From positions 1-12,851 of the forward strand of contig JBHIBS010000040.1 in assembly GCA_046759165.1 (NCBI GenBank): DNA of 12,851 nucleotides, in the 5' to 3' direction. Positions 1 through 8,493 of this stretch are shown piece by piece. The first letter of the stretch is position 1. Each line of letters begins with the position of its first letter. The stretch comes from a bacterium (lineage in GTDB: Bacteria > UBA6262 > WVXT01). The position numbers and the translations under genes were made by a program. The notes under the pieces are model-generated. The model was not told where the DNA came from, made no database searches, and was given only the letters and a program-made list of their open reading frames with translations.

Positions 1-494
1 TTTCTGCTGGAACCTCTGACAGAAAATGGAAAAAAGTCGTATTTGCCGATGAAATATTTACTCGTTTCCTTTATTTTTCTCCAGTCGAGAGGCTCGGGGA
101 TATGCCAGGAGAATCTTCTCTCCAAAGCCGAGGGAAAGGGTTGTTCTAAAATCTGGTAGCGATATACCTTACTCTTAGCACTGTAGCGGGCATTAAAGCT
201 ATCGGGAACTTCTTTAACCTCTTTTATAACGATGTCCGAAGGAAGCAGGCTATTCAATGCTTTACTCAGGCCACCGGTAGGTAGCTTCTCACTTCTGGTT
301 TTGAAGTTGGCAACCTGGCTAAGAGCGTGGACCCCAGAGTCTGTGCGAGCCGCACCTATCAGTGTTATCTCTTCCTCTAAGATTCTTTCCAGGACTTTTG
401 TTATCTCTCCCTGAACTGTCGGTTTCCTCCTCTGGATTTGCCAGCCGAAGTAGTCTGTTCCATCGTATTCAATGGTGAGTTTCATATTGCGCAT
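1..494 (-). CDS. truA: tRNA pseudouridine(38-40) synthase TruA, 5' part (truncated by window edge)
   Basis: Not in the ORF track. Manual translation from ATG at 494: MRNMKLTIEYDGTDYFGWQIQ...TVQGEI...GAARTDSGVHALSQVANF...ALNSLLPSDI...FNARYSAKSKVYRYQI. Contains the TruA YDGxxYxGWQ motif and the catalytic RTDxGVHA motif. Confidence 0.96.
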   Translation of the reverse strand, partial: MRNMKLTIEYDGTDYFGWQIQRRKPTVQGEITKVLERILEEEITLIGAARTDSGVHALSQVANFKTRSEKLPTGGLSKALNSLLPSDIVIKEVKEVPDSFNARYSAKSKVYRYQILEQPFPSALERRFSWHIPEPLDWRKIKETSKYFIGKYDFFPFSVRGSSR

Positions 495-501
495 CTGGAC
501 A

Positions 502-1296
502 TCATAGAATTATGAGGGTTGTGGAGAAGGCAATAATTATCAGAATTGTTACCAAGTCGAAAATTCTAAACTTTGTAGCTTCCAGGTCTCCTCTAGGACT
601 ATCCGGGTCATAGGCTCGTGATTCCATGGCTAAAGCGAATTCATCAGCACGCCGGAAGAGATTGACCAAGAGTGGCACCAGAATTGGAATAATGGCCCGA
701 ATTCTTTTAATCGGATTCTTACGAGAAAAATCTGAGCCTCGAGACTTTTGCGCCTTAATCAATTTATCCATCTCTTCAAAAAGTAAAGGTACAAACCTCA
801 AGGACAGGGTCATCATCGTAGCAATCTTATGTGAAGAGATTCCCACCACTTTCAAGGGGAAGAGGAGAAATTCCAGTCCCCTGGTCAACTTCTGGGGCGA
901 GGTGGTTAGAGTAAGAAGGGAGGCAACGAGTATTAGAAAAATTAACCTCAAGGCAATGAAGGCTCCCAAAGATAAACCCTCTTCGGTAATTTTTACTGGA
1001 CCGAAAGAAACAATTGGGCTTCCCGGAGTGAAAAGTAGATGGAGAAGGAAAGTAAATACAATAATCCAGAGTAAGGGTACAAGTCCTCTAAGGACGAACT
1101 TTATGGAGAGTCGCGCTAAGAGAATTACGGCCAGCAAAAATATGGCCAGAAGAGAGTAGCTCCAGAGGTTCTTAAGAAGGAATATTGAAAGTGATATAAT
1201 CAGAATGGATATAATCTTTGTCCGTGGGTCAAGCCGGTGAATGGGAGAATTGGAAGGAATGTAGCGACCGATAGTGAGGTTATTTAAGAAGGACAT
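502..1296 (-). CDS. ecfT: Energy-coupling factor transporter transmembrane component T (EcfT/CbiQ family)
   Basis: N-terminal GRYIPSNSPIHRLDPRTK, several hydrophobic helices, LTLTTSP, and the ALRF/AQKxRG-type and LAMESRAY Arg-containing coupling motifs. ATG directly follows the asd TAA. Confidence 0.93.
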   Translation of the reverse strand: MSFLNNLTIGRYIPSNSPIHRLDPRTKIISILIISLSIFLLKNLWSYSLLAIFLLAVILLARLSIKFVLRGLVPLLWIIVFTFLLHLLFTPGSPIVSFGPVKITEEGLSLGAFIALRLIFLILVASLLTLTTSPQKLTRGLEFLLFPLKVVGISSHKIATMMTLSLRFVPLLFEEMDKLIKAQKSRGSDFSRKNPIKRIRAIIPILVPLLVNLFRRADEFALAMESRAYDPDSPRGDLEATKFRIFDLVTILIIIAFSTTLIIL

Positions 1297-2373
1297 TTAG
1301 GACCCCAGGATTCTCCCCTTAATCAATTCCTCTGCTATTTCAACTGCGTTTAGAGCAGCCCCCTTGAGGAGGTTATCGCTTACTATCCACATGTTGAGTC
1401 CATTTGGTATCGACTGGTCTTCTCTAATGCGACCAACAAAAGTCTCTTCTCTATCGGCAGCCTTTGTCGCTAATGGATACTTTAGTTTACTGGTGTCATC
1501 TACAACCACAACTCCCTCTGCTTTTTTCAATGTCTGGCGAGCTTCTTCGACAGTAATTTTTCTCTCTGTCTCAATATTTACTGCTTCGGAGTGTCCACGA
1601 AAAACAGGCACTCGAACACAGGTGGCTGTGATGGCAATGGAGTCGTCCCCTATTATCTTCTTTGTCTCGTTGACCATCTTCATCTCTTCCTTTGTGTAGC
1701 CGTCCTCCAAAAATATGTCTATCTGGGGAATGCAATTATAGGCAATCTGGTGGGGAAAGGTTCTTGGCTTTGCTTTTTTGCCAGAGGCAATATTTCCGAC
1801 CTGCTCTTTCAGTTCAACCACTGCCTTCTCGCCTGCGCCAGAGACCGCCTGATAAGTGGAGACAACTATCCTTTTAATCCTGGCTCTCCTGTGTAACGGT
1901 GCTAGGACGACTACCATTTGAATTGTTGAGCAGTTAGGATTGGCGATGATTTTCTTATCTTTAGATAGAGTATGAGGATTGATTTCCGGGACAACCAGAG
2001 GCACTTCAGGATCCATCCTCCAAGCACTCGAGTTATCAATCACAAATATGCCTTCCTGAGCAGCAAGTGGAGCATACTCTTTGGAAATAGAGGCGCCGGC
2101 AGAGAATAGTGCAATATCGAGTCTGCTTGAGAGGCTCGATTTTTCTGCCAGAGGAGAAACTTTAAATGATGAAGGATTAAGTTCCTCAACTGCAAATTCT
2201 TTCCCTTTAAATTTTAGTGTCTTTCCTCGAGAACGCTCGGAGGCAAGCAGTCTCAGGTTAGCTACTGGAAAATTCCGCTTCTCCAGCATTCTAACCATTT
2301 CCCTGCCTACAAGTCCGGTCGCTCCCACTACAGCAACATTAAAGGAAAAAGGGGACAGGCTACTTTTTCTCAT
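1297..2373 (-). CDS. asd: Aspartate-semialdehyde dehydrogenase; first 9 codons lie inside the transposase element
   Basis: VAVVGATGLVG Rossmann motif, IDNSSAWRM, catalytic NPNCST, TYQAVSGAG, CVRVPVFRGHS, DNLLKGAALNA. Confidence 0.97.
   Translation of the reverse strand: MRKSSLSPFSFNVAVVGATGLVGREMVRMLEKRNFPVANLRLLASERSRGKTLKFKGKEFAVEELNPSSFKVSPLAEKSSLSSRLDIALFSAGASISKEYAPLAAQEGIFVIDNSSAWRMDPEVPLVVPEINPHTLSKDKKIIANPNCSTIQMVVVLAPLHRRARIKRIVVSTYQAVSGAGEKAVVELKEQVGNIASGKKAKPRTFPHQIAYNCIPQIDIFLEDGYTKEEMKMVNETKKIIGDDSIAITATCVRVPVFRGHSEAVNIETERKITVEEARQTLKKAEGVVVVDDTSKLKYPLATKAADREETFVGRIREDQSIPNGLNMWIVSDNLLKGAALNAVEIAEELIKGRILGS
2347..2368 (+). repeat. 22-bp inverted repeat, left copy (AAAAGGGGACAGGCTACTTTTT)
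   Basis: Exact reverse complement of 3059-3080. On the minus strand it encodes (R)KSSLSPF of Asd. Confidence 0.97.
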
Positions 2374-3041
2374 TCCTTCCCCACCCTCTTCTTCGGTCTT
2401 CCCCTCGGTCTAAGAGTAGATTCCAATCCCAGCTCTTTACTTACTTGTATCTGCCACATTGATGTGCCATAGGGGGATTGTCGATTAACACTCTGACGAA
2501 GCCCCTCCAAGTCCTTTTCTGTTAGAGGTTCATCCACATATCTATTCCAATCTTGAGGCAATTCTATGGGGATTTCATCAACTAATAAATGCGATCTTTC
2601 ACCAATTGCCCCTCTGTGAGAAGACCACGACCAATCCTTAGCTGAATTAACTAGACCAGCCCTCACTGGATTACCCTCAACATACCTCAGCACCGCCAAT
2701 AAATGATTGTCTTCTTGTATAATAAAACTTTTAAAACGCCCCTGCCATATGTGGCCGCTGGTTCCATAATGCCGATGATAACGGCGCACATGACTGGTCA
2801 TTAGCCATTGCATCCCTTTGTTTAGCTCTTCAGCCTGAATGGGCACTACAACCATATGAAAATGGTTCGGCATTAGACAGTATGCAAAAATCTTTACAGC
2901 ATACCGAGCCTTTGCCTCCCTCATTAAATCAATAAAAGCTTCGTAATCTCGGTCTTTGTGAAAAACCTCCAGCCCGCCATTTCCACGGTTAAGCACATGA
3001 TAAACAAAGCCATCAACCAAGCCTCTTGCAATCCTCGGCAT
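2370..3041 (-). CDS. REP-associated tyrosine transposase-like protein (Y1/HUH, IS200-like superfamily)
   Basis: MPRxAR...YHVLNRGN N-terminus, AYCLMPNHFH (HUH), GHIWQGRFKS, RYVEGNPVRAGLV (catalytic Tyr region), WSWSS, and a basic C-terminal RPRGRPKK tail. These are typical RAYT-like motifs and the ORF is intact. Confidence 0.93.
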   Translation of the reverse strand: MPRIARGLVDGFVYHVLNRGNGGLEVFHKDRDYEAFIDLMREAKARYAVKIFAYCLMPNHFHMVVVPIQAEELNKGMQWLMTSHVRRYHRHYGTSGHIWQGRFKSFIIQEDNHLLAVLRYVEGNPVRAGLVNSAKDWSWSSHRGAIGERSHLLVDEIPIELPQDWNRYVDEPLTEKDLEGLRQSVNRQSPYGTSMWQIQVSKELGLESTLRPRGRPKKRVGKE

Positions 3042-3058
3042 GAGCTAATTCCCCAAAT

Positions 3059-3080
3059 AAAAAGTAGCCTGTCCCCTTTT
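3059..3080 (+). repeat. 22-bp inverted repeat, right copy (AAAAAGTAGCCTGTCCCCTTTT)
   Basis: Exact reverse complement of 2347-2368. Contains GTAG at 3064-3067 and ends 17 bp upstream of the transposase ATG. Confidence 0.97.
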
Positions 3081-3117
3081 CTTTTGTCCAACAAACTTTT
3101 GGCATTCCATCTCATCC

Positions 3118-4173
3118 TTAGCTAATAAACTTAGTGATAAGGTCGCCAACCTCAGATGTGGAGAGACCCATCTCTCCAGCACTCAGCCCCTTTATCTTGC
3201 CAGAAGATAGGGCTTTTCGGATGGCTCCATCGATTAACTTTGCTCCCGCCTCCTCACCCAAATTTTCGAGCATCATCTGCCCGGCAACTATGGCGGCTAT
3301 AGGATTTATTACATTCTTACCTGCATATTTTGGGGCACTTCCATGAATTGGTTCAAACATACTTACACCTTCCGGGTTGATATTTCCTCCAGCTGCCACT
3401 CCCATACCACCCTGAATGATTGCTCCCAGATCGGTTATGATGTCCCCAAACATATTGCAGGTGACAATAGTATCAAACCACTCAGGATTCTTAACGAACC
3501 ACATACAACAGGCATCAACAAATGCATGGTCTTTCTCAACCTCGGGATACTGTTCTCCCACCTTGTAGAATACCCTCTGCCAGAGGTCATGAGCAAATGT
3601 AAGAACATTCGCCTTATCTACAAGAGTTAACCTCATCTTCCTCTTTCTCTTCTTTGTTAATTCAAATGCATACCTGATGCACCTTTCCACACCGTTTCTG
3701 GTATTGACCATCTCTTGAACTGCAACTTCCTCTGGCGAGTCTTTTTTCATAATCCCGCCAATGCCTAAATAGAGACCCTCAGTATTTTCCCTTACAACCA
3801 TGAAATCTATATCCTCCGGCTTTTTACCTTTAAGGGGAGTTGAAACTCCAGGATAGAGAATAACTGGCCTGAGGTTGATATACTGGTCGAGCCCAAAGCG
3901 CAATTTGAGTAGAAGTCCTCTCTCTAATATGCCTGGCTTTACTTGGGGATGGCCAACTGCTCCTAAATATATGGCATTGAGTTGCTTCATCTCTTCAAAT
4001 GGAGAATCGGGAAGGACTTCCCCTGTCTTCAAATACCACTCGCCACCGAAATTATAAGTTGCGGTCTCGTATCTAAACCCTGCTTTTTTTGAAGCAGCAT
4101 CTATGACTTTGAGACCTTCTCTAATGACTTCCGGACCTACTCCATCTCCAGGAATGACCCCTATTTTATACAC
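3118..4173 (-). CDS. leuB: 3-isopropylmalate dehydrogenase
   Basis: [49 protein letters not shown]; sits in a leu operon. Start revised to GTG at 4173, preceded by GGAGG (ORF track start 4203). Confidence 0.93.
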   Translation of the reverse strand: MYKIGVIPGDGVGPEVIREGLKVIDAASKKAGFRYETATYNFGGEWYLKTGEVLPDSPFEEMKQLNAIYLGAVGHPQVKPGILERGLLLKLRFGLDQYINLRPVILYPGVSTPLKGKKPEDIDFMVVRENTEGLYLGIGGIMKKDSPEEVAVQEMVNTRNGVERCIRYAFELTKKRKRKMRLTLVDKANVLTFAHDLWQRVFYKVGEQYPEVEKDHAFVDACCMWFVKNPEWFDTIVTCNMFGDIITDLGAIIQGGMGVAAGGNINPEGVSMFEPIHGSAPKYAGKNVINPIAAIVAGQMMLENLGEEAGAKLIDGAIRKALSSGKIKGLSAGEMGLSTSEVGDLITKFIS

Positions 4174-4208
4174 CCAGAACCTCCAATGTACATCAAACCG
4201 CAAATAAG

Positions 4209-4727
4209 TTACCCTTTCATTTTCTCTTTTGCATAATTCATTAGTCCCCCAGCACTTATTATCTTTTGGATAAATTCTGGAAATGGCTGTGCTTTATAAT
4301 TTTCGTCCTTGGAGAGGTTAGTTATCCTCCCTCTACTTAAATCGATCAAAATCTCATCTCCAGAACCGATTCTCCTCGACGCCCTCTTACTTTCCAGAAT
4401 GGGAAGTCCGATATTGATAGCATTGCGATAGAAGATGCGGGCAAAAGACTCTGCTAGCACACAGCAGATTCCAGCTTCTTTAATAGCTAAAGGAGCATGT
4501 TCGCGGGACGAGCCGCAACCGAAGTTCTTCCCTGCCACTATACAATGTCCTGTAACTGAGGGACGGTCCAATTTCCCAACGAATTCCTCATCAACTCCTT
4601 CCATACAATGTTTGGCTAACTCTTTAGCGTCGTAAGTGCTTAAGTATCTTGCAGGAATAATATCATCTGTACTGACATTATTCCCGAATTTGTAAGCTCT
4701 TGCTTTAATTTCCGTTTTAATTTTCAT
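4209..4727 (-). CDS. leuD: 3-isopropylmalate dehydratase small subunit (short type-2 LeuD)
   Basis: [49 protein letters not shown] overlap with leuC. Confidence 0.95.
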   Translation of the reverse strand: MKIKTEIKARAYKFGNNVSTDDIIPARYLSTYDAKELAKHCMEGVDEEFVGKLDRPSVTGHCIVAGKNFGCGSSREHAPLAIKEAGICCVLAESFARIFYRNAINIGLPILESKRASRRIGSGDEILIDLSRGRITNLSKDENYKAQPFPEFIQKIISAGGLMNYAKEKMKG

Positions 4728-5983
4728 AGTGATTCTGGGCTGATAATTTTTCCAGCAACAGCTGAAGCTGCAGCAATTGCAGGATTGGATAGGTAGATTT
4801 CTGCTTTGGGGTGTCCCATCCGACCGGCGAAATTTCTGTTTGTAGTCGCCATAGCCCTTTCACCTTCGGCCAAAACTCCCATATGACCACCAAGACAGGG
4901 ACCACATGTGGGAGCAGAAACTACTGCTCCTGCATCAACAAATGCTTCCAGGAGACCCTCCCTCAATGCCTCCCGATAAACCCTCTGGGTAGCGGGAATT
5001 ACTATTAACCTCACCCGTGGATGAACCCTTCTTCCTTTTAAAACTTGGCTACTTATTCTAAGGTCTTCGATCCTTCCGTTGGTACAAGAGCCAATGACTA
5101 CTTGATCAATATAGACCTCCCCTACCCGGCTGATCGGTATGGAATTGGAGGGCAAAGGAGGAAAAGCAACCTGTGGTTCAATTTTGCTGCAATTATACTC
5201 AATGACATTCGCATATCGAGCGCTCCTCTCTCCGTGGATAATCTCATACGGCCTTTCTGCTCGAGCCTCGATATATTCGATAGTCTCCGCATCCGGCTCA
5301 ATAATTCCGCTCTTTGCTCCAGCCTCCACCGCCATATTGCACATAGTCAAACGGTCAGCCATACCTAATCGCCTGATAACAGGACCCGTAAACTCCATAA
5401 CCTTATATAGAGCTCCGTCCACCGCAATATCTCCAATCGTGTAGAGGATGAGGTCTTTACCTGAGACCCACTTATTCAATTTCCCTTTATAAACGAACTT
5501 GATTGTCTTGGGGACGCGGAACCAGCATTTGCCAGTGAGCATTGCGAAAGCTAAATCAGTCGAGCCCACGCCACAGGCAAAAGCTCCCAATGCTCCATAA
5601 GTGCAGGTATGAGAGTCGGCTCCGATGATAAGGTCGCCGGGAAGGACAACTCCCTCTTCGGGAAGCAACGCGTGTTCAATCCCCACCCTTCCTACCTCAT
5701 AATAGTGGCTCAACCCCTGTTCCCGTGCAAAACTCCGGAGAATCTGGCATTGCTGAGCCGATTTGATGTCCTTATTGGGAGTAAAATGGTCAGGAACAAG
5801 GACGACCCTATCAGGGTCGAAGACCTTACTTCCTCCCGCCTTTCTAAATTCTTCAATCGCCGGAGGCGCTGTTACGTCATTTCCCAAGGCAATATCTACT
5901 CTAGCCTCAATGAAAGTGCCCGGTTCGACGCCCTTCCTCCCACAGTGTCTGGCCAAAATTTTTTCTGCAATTGCCATACCCAT
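4724..5983 (-). CDS. leuC: 3-isopropylmalate dehydratase large subunit (about 420-aa type-2 LeuC)
   Basis: [27 protein letters not shown] and CGPCLG (4Fe-4S cysteines), [11 protein letters not shown]. Confidence 0.95.
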   Translation of the reverse strand: MGMAIAEKILARHCGRKGVEPGTFIEARVDIALGNDVTAPPAIEEFRKAGGSKVFDPDRVVLVPDHFTPNKDIKSAQQCQILRSFAREQGLSHYYEVGRVGIEHALLPEEGVVLPGDLIIGADSHTCTYGALGAFACGVGSTDLAFAMLTGKCWFRVPKTIKFVYKGKLNKWVSGKDLILYTIGDIAVDGALYKVMEFTGPVIRRLGMADRLTMCNMAVEAGAKSGIIEPDAETIEYIEARAERPYEIIHGERSARYANVIEYNCSKIEPQVAFPPLPSNSIPISRVGEVYIDQVVIGSCTNGRIEDLRISSQVLKGRRVHPRVRLIVIPATQRVYREALREGLLEAFVDAGAVVSAPTCGPCLGGHMGVLAEGERAMATTNRNFAGRMGHPKAEIYLSNPAIAAASAVAGKIISPESL

Positions 5984-6001
5984 AAAGAAACCACAGAACC
6001 A

Positions 6002-6089
6002 GTTTAGAAGTTGATATGTTGATAAGGAAAAAATTTCTACTCTCAGAACTTATCACCTTATCGACGCATCAACATATCATCTTATCAAC
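6002..6089. repeat. Two convergent arrays of a GTTGATAA-like octamer forming a long imperfect inverted repeat
   Basis: 6002-6025: GTTTAGAA GTTGATAT GTTGATAA. 6050-6089: TTATCACC TTATCGAC GCATCAAC ATATCATC TTATCAAC (reverse-complement orientation). Confidence 0.9.
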
Positions 6090-7671
6090 TACCCCTTTTC
6101 CCTAACTTTTCTCTTGCCACCAGCCTATTGAGAGCATTGGTATAGGCTTTGGCACTGGCTTCAATTATGTCTGTCGATGTACCTCGACCGGTTACTGTCT
6201 TTTTCAATTCGTCAGCACGGGCTGGACCAACTGGTGCAATCTTAACTGTAACCTCACCGAGAGCATCCTTCCCCACAGAAACCGACCTAAGACTGTAATC
6301 GATTAGCCTACACTTAATATTTGTAATTCGGTCTATTGCCCGAAAAGCAGCATCCACTGGACCATCACCACAGGAAGCCTCCTGCAGGACTTCACTCTTG
6401 GCCACCTTTCTGGGTGCAATCAACCTCCTTAACCTCACGGTGGCAGTAGGAACCACTTTGTTTCCAGTAGTTACATTTATATACTCCAACTTGTAAATCT
6501 CCGGGATAAGAGATATCTGATCTTCGACTATAGCCTCGATGTCCTCATCAAAAATCTCTTTTTTCTTATCAGCAAGCAATTTAAATTGCTGAAACGTCTT
6601 ATCCACTTCCTCATTGTTCAATTTATAACCTAACTCTTGCAACTTCTTCCGAAAAGCATGGCGTCCCGAATGTTTTCCTAAAACAAGCCTCCTACCTCCC
6701 AGTCCAACCGATTCTGGAGTCATAATCTCGTAAGTCAATCTTTCCTTGATTACTCCGTCTTGGTGAATTCCTGCTTCATGAGCAAAAGCATTAGCGCCGA
6801 CGATAGCCTTATTGGGCTGAACGATTATGCCGGTAAGTTTACTGACCAAGCGGCTTGTCTTGGCAATCTGCTTTGTCTCGATATTGGTATAGAAAGGAAA
6901 CAGGTCTTTTCTCGTCCTCAAGGCCATCACCACTTCTTCCAGTGAGGCATTTCCCGCCCTCTCTCCGATCCCGTTAATAGTACACTCAATCTGTCTGGCT
7001 CCAAGGGAAATAGCTTCTAGTGAATTAGCTGTGGCCAGTCCTAAATCATTGTGGCAATGGACGCTAATAATGGCCTTGTTAGAACTGGGAACTCTAGCAA
7101 CTACCATCCTGATTATTCTTCCAAACTCTTCTGGCAGGGCATAGCCCACAGTATCTGGAATATTGATTGTAGTAGCACCAGCTTCGATTGTCTCCTCCAC
7201 TACACGCGAGAGGAAGTCTGGATCGGTCCGGACAGCGTCTTCCGCCGAAAACTCTATATTCTCGGTAAATTTCCCCGCATATCTTACTGCAGCCACAGCC
7301 TCCTTAAGGACCTCTTCTCTTGACTTTTTCAATTTATGCTTTAAGTGAATGTCACTTGTAGCAATGAAGGTATGAATGCGCGGGTTCTTCGCATATTTTA
7401 TTGCATCCCAGCAGACATCAATGTCTCTCTTTGTAGCCCGTGCCAACCCAACAATTACCGGCTTCCTAATCTTTCGGGAAATCAGCTTCACTGCCTCGAA
7501 ATCCCCTGGCGAAGATATGGGAAAACCAGCCTCAATAACATCCACACCCAATCTCTCTAATTGTTCAGCGACTTCTATCTTCTCCTTTATATTCAGACTC
7601 GCTCCTGGAGATTGTTCTCCATCTCTTAAGGTTGTATCGAATATTAATATTCTCTCCTTCTTTAATGCCAT
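6085..7671 (-). CDS. leuA: 2-isopropylmalate synthase
   Basis: [57 protein letters not shown], and a C-terminal regulatory domain ([15 protein letters not shown]). Start revised to ATG at 7671 after GGAGGGG (ORF track start 7746 overlaps pssA). Confidence 0.95.
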   Translation of the reverse strand: MALKKERILIFDTTLRDGEQSPGASLNIKEKIEVAEQLERLGVDVIEAGFPISSPGDFEAVKLISRKIRKPVIVGLARATKRDIDVCWDAIKYAKNPRIHTFIATSDIHLKHKLKKSREEVLKEAVAAVRYAGKFTENIEFSAEDAVRTDPDFLSRVVEETIEAGATTINIPDTVGYALPEEFGRIIRMVVARVPSSNKAIISVHCHNDLGLATANSLEAISLGARQIECTINGIGERAGNASLEEVVMALRTRKDLFPFYTNIETKQIAKTSRLVSKLTGIIVQPNKAIVGANAFAHEAGIHQDGVIKERLTYEIMTPESVGLGGRRLVLGKHSGRHAFRKKLQELGYKLNNEEVDKTFQQFKLLADKKKEIFDEDIEAIVEDQISLIPEIYKLEYINVTTGNKVVPTATVRLRRLIAPRKVAKSEVLQEASCGDGPVDAAFRAIDRITNIKCRLIDYSLRSVSVGKDALGEVTVKIAPVGPARADELKKTVTGRGTSTDIIEASAKAYTNALNRLVAREKLGKRGS

Positions 7672-7700
7672 TCCCCCTCCGATACTTACTAAGTGAAATT

Positions 7701-8426
7701 TTAGCGCTGTTTGACCCACGCCAGGCGTAACCTGTAGAACCTCCACAGTGCATTCACTATGCCTGAAAGCGAGTAGCCAACAAAATATACAACAAATATT
7801 ATCGAGATTATATTAGTTGAAAAAAACCAAATAACCAATGCAACCACCATAATAATCAGCATTTTGAACGGTTGCCTTTTGGTAAATCTAAGATTCTTGA
7901 AATTTATGTACTTAATTTTGCTCACCATCAGAAAAGATAAGACTATCATAACCAGAGGAATTGAACCGATGAACAGATGCATCTCCTTTACCCAGAAAGC
8001 CAAAATAAAGAAAGAAGCCAACATGCCCCCTCCCACAGGAATGGGCAAACCATCGAAATAAGCGATATCTTTCTCGGCAGCTTTGACATTGAACCTTGCC
8101 AGCCGCAAAACTCCGGCAATCACAAACAGGAAGGGTACTAACACTCCCCACCTCATGTTTTTTAGAACTACTTGGTACATCAAAATTGAGGGCGCTACAC
8201 CAAAAGAGATTAAGTCGGCTAAAGAATCGAACTCCAAGCCAAACCTACTGGTGGACTTAGTGAGTCTCGCAATCCTGCCGTCGAAAACATCCAAAATAAT
8301 TGCTAGAAGTATCGACCAGGCACTAGCGGTAAAATTTCTGTCAATTGAAGCAATGATCGAATAGAAACCCAACCCTGCATTTCCCAGAGTGAAAAGTCCG
8401 GGAACAAAATAGATTCCCTTCTTCAC
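7701..8426 (-). CDS. pssA: CDP-diacylglycerol--serine O-phosphatidyltransferase
   Basis: [11 protein letters not shown]-alcohol phosphotransferase motif DVFDGRIAR...[34 protein letters not shown] start with upstream GGAGG; adjacent to psd. Confidence 0.93.
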   Translation of the reverse strand: MKKGIYFVPGLFTLGNAGLGFYSIIASIDRNFTASAWSILLAIILDVFDGRIARLTKSTSRFGLEFDSLADLISFGVAPSILMYQVVLKNMRWGVLVPFLFVIAGVLRLARFNVKAAEKDIAYFDGLPIPVGGGMLASFFILAFWVKEMHLFIGSIPLVMIVLSFLMVSKIKYINFKNLRFTKRQPFKMLIIMVVALVIWFFSTNIISIIFVVYFVGYSLSGIVNALWRFYRLRLAWVKQR

Positions 8427-8493
8427 CTGAAACCTCCCAAGAACATAAACTACATCTCTTTGTATTCTACAAAATTATATATTGAACCGAAGG

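Larger units (their letters stand above)
2347..3080 (-). mobile_element. Inverted-repeat-bounded element carrying a RAYT-like HUH/Y1 transposase
   Basis: Single transposase-like ORF bounded by a perfect 22-bp inverted repeat, inserted between leuB and asd. No flanking direct repeat is evident (AAAGGA left, CTTTTG right). Confidence 0.8.

Noticed and set aside
2347-3080. Classical DDE insertion sequence or IS605 element with TnpB
   Set aside because: The protein has HUH/Y1 motifs rather than DDE, there is no target-site duplication, and there is no tnpB ORF.
2924-3115. 63-aa minus ORF reading through the right repeat (KGDRLLF)
   Set aside because: Overlaps the transposase out of frame with no recognisable domain; better explained as read-through of the repeat.
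4174-4203. Longer leuB N-terminus MRFDVHWRFW
   Set aside because: GGAGG precedes the GTG at 4173, and family similarity starts there.
4209-5983. Homoaconitase/methanogen-type assignment for the aconitase-family pair
   Set aside because: Position between leuA and leuB in an ilv-leu operon favours isopropylmalate isomerase, although sequence alone cannot fully exclude broader specificity.
6002-6089. CRISPR array
   Set aside because: Units are contiguous 8-mers without spacers, and no cas genes are present.
7672-7746. Longer leuA N-terminus overlapping pssA
   Set aside because: A strong RBS sits before ATG 7671, and the extension is not LeuA-like.
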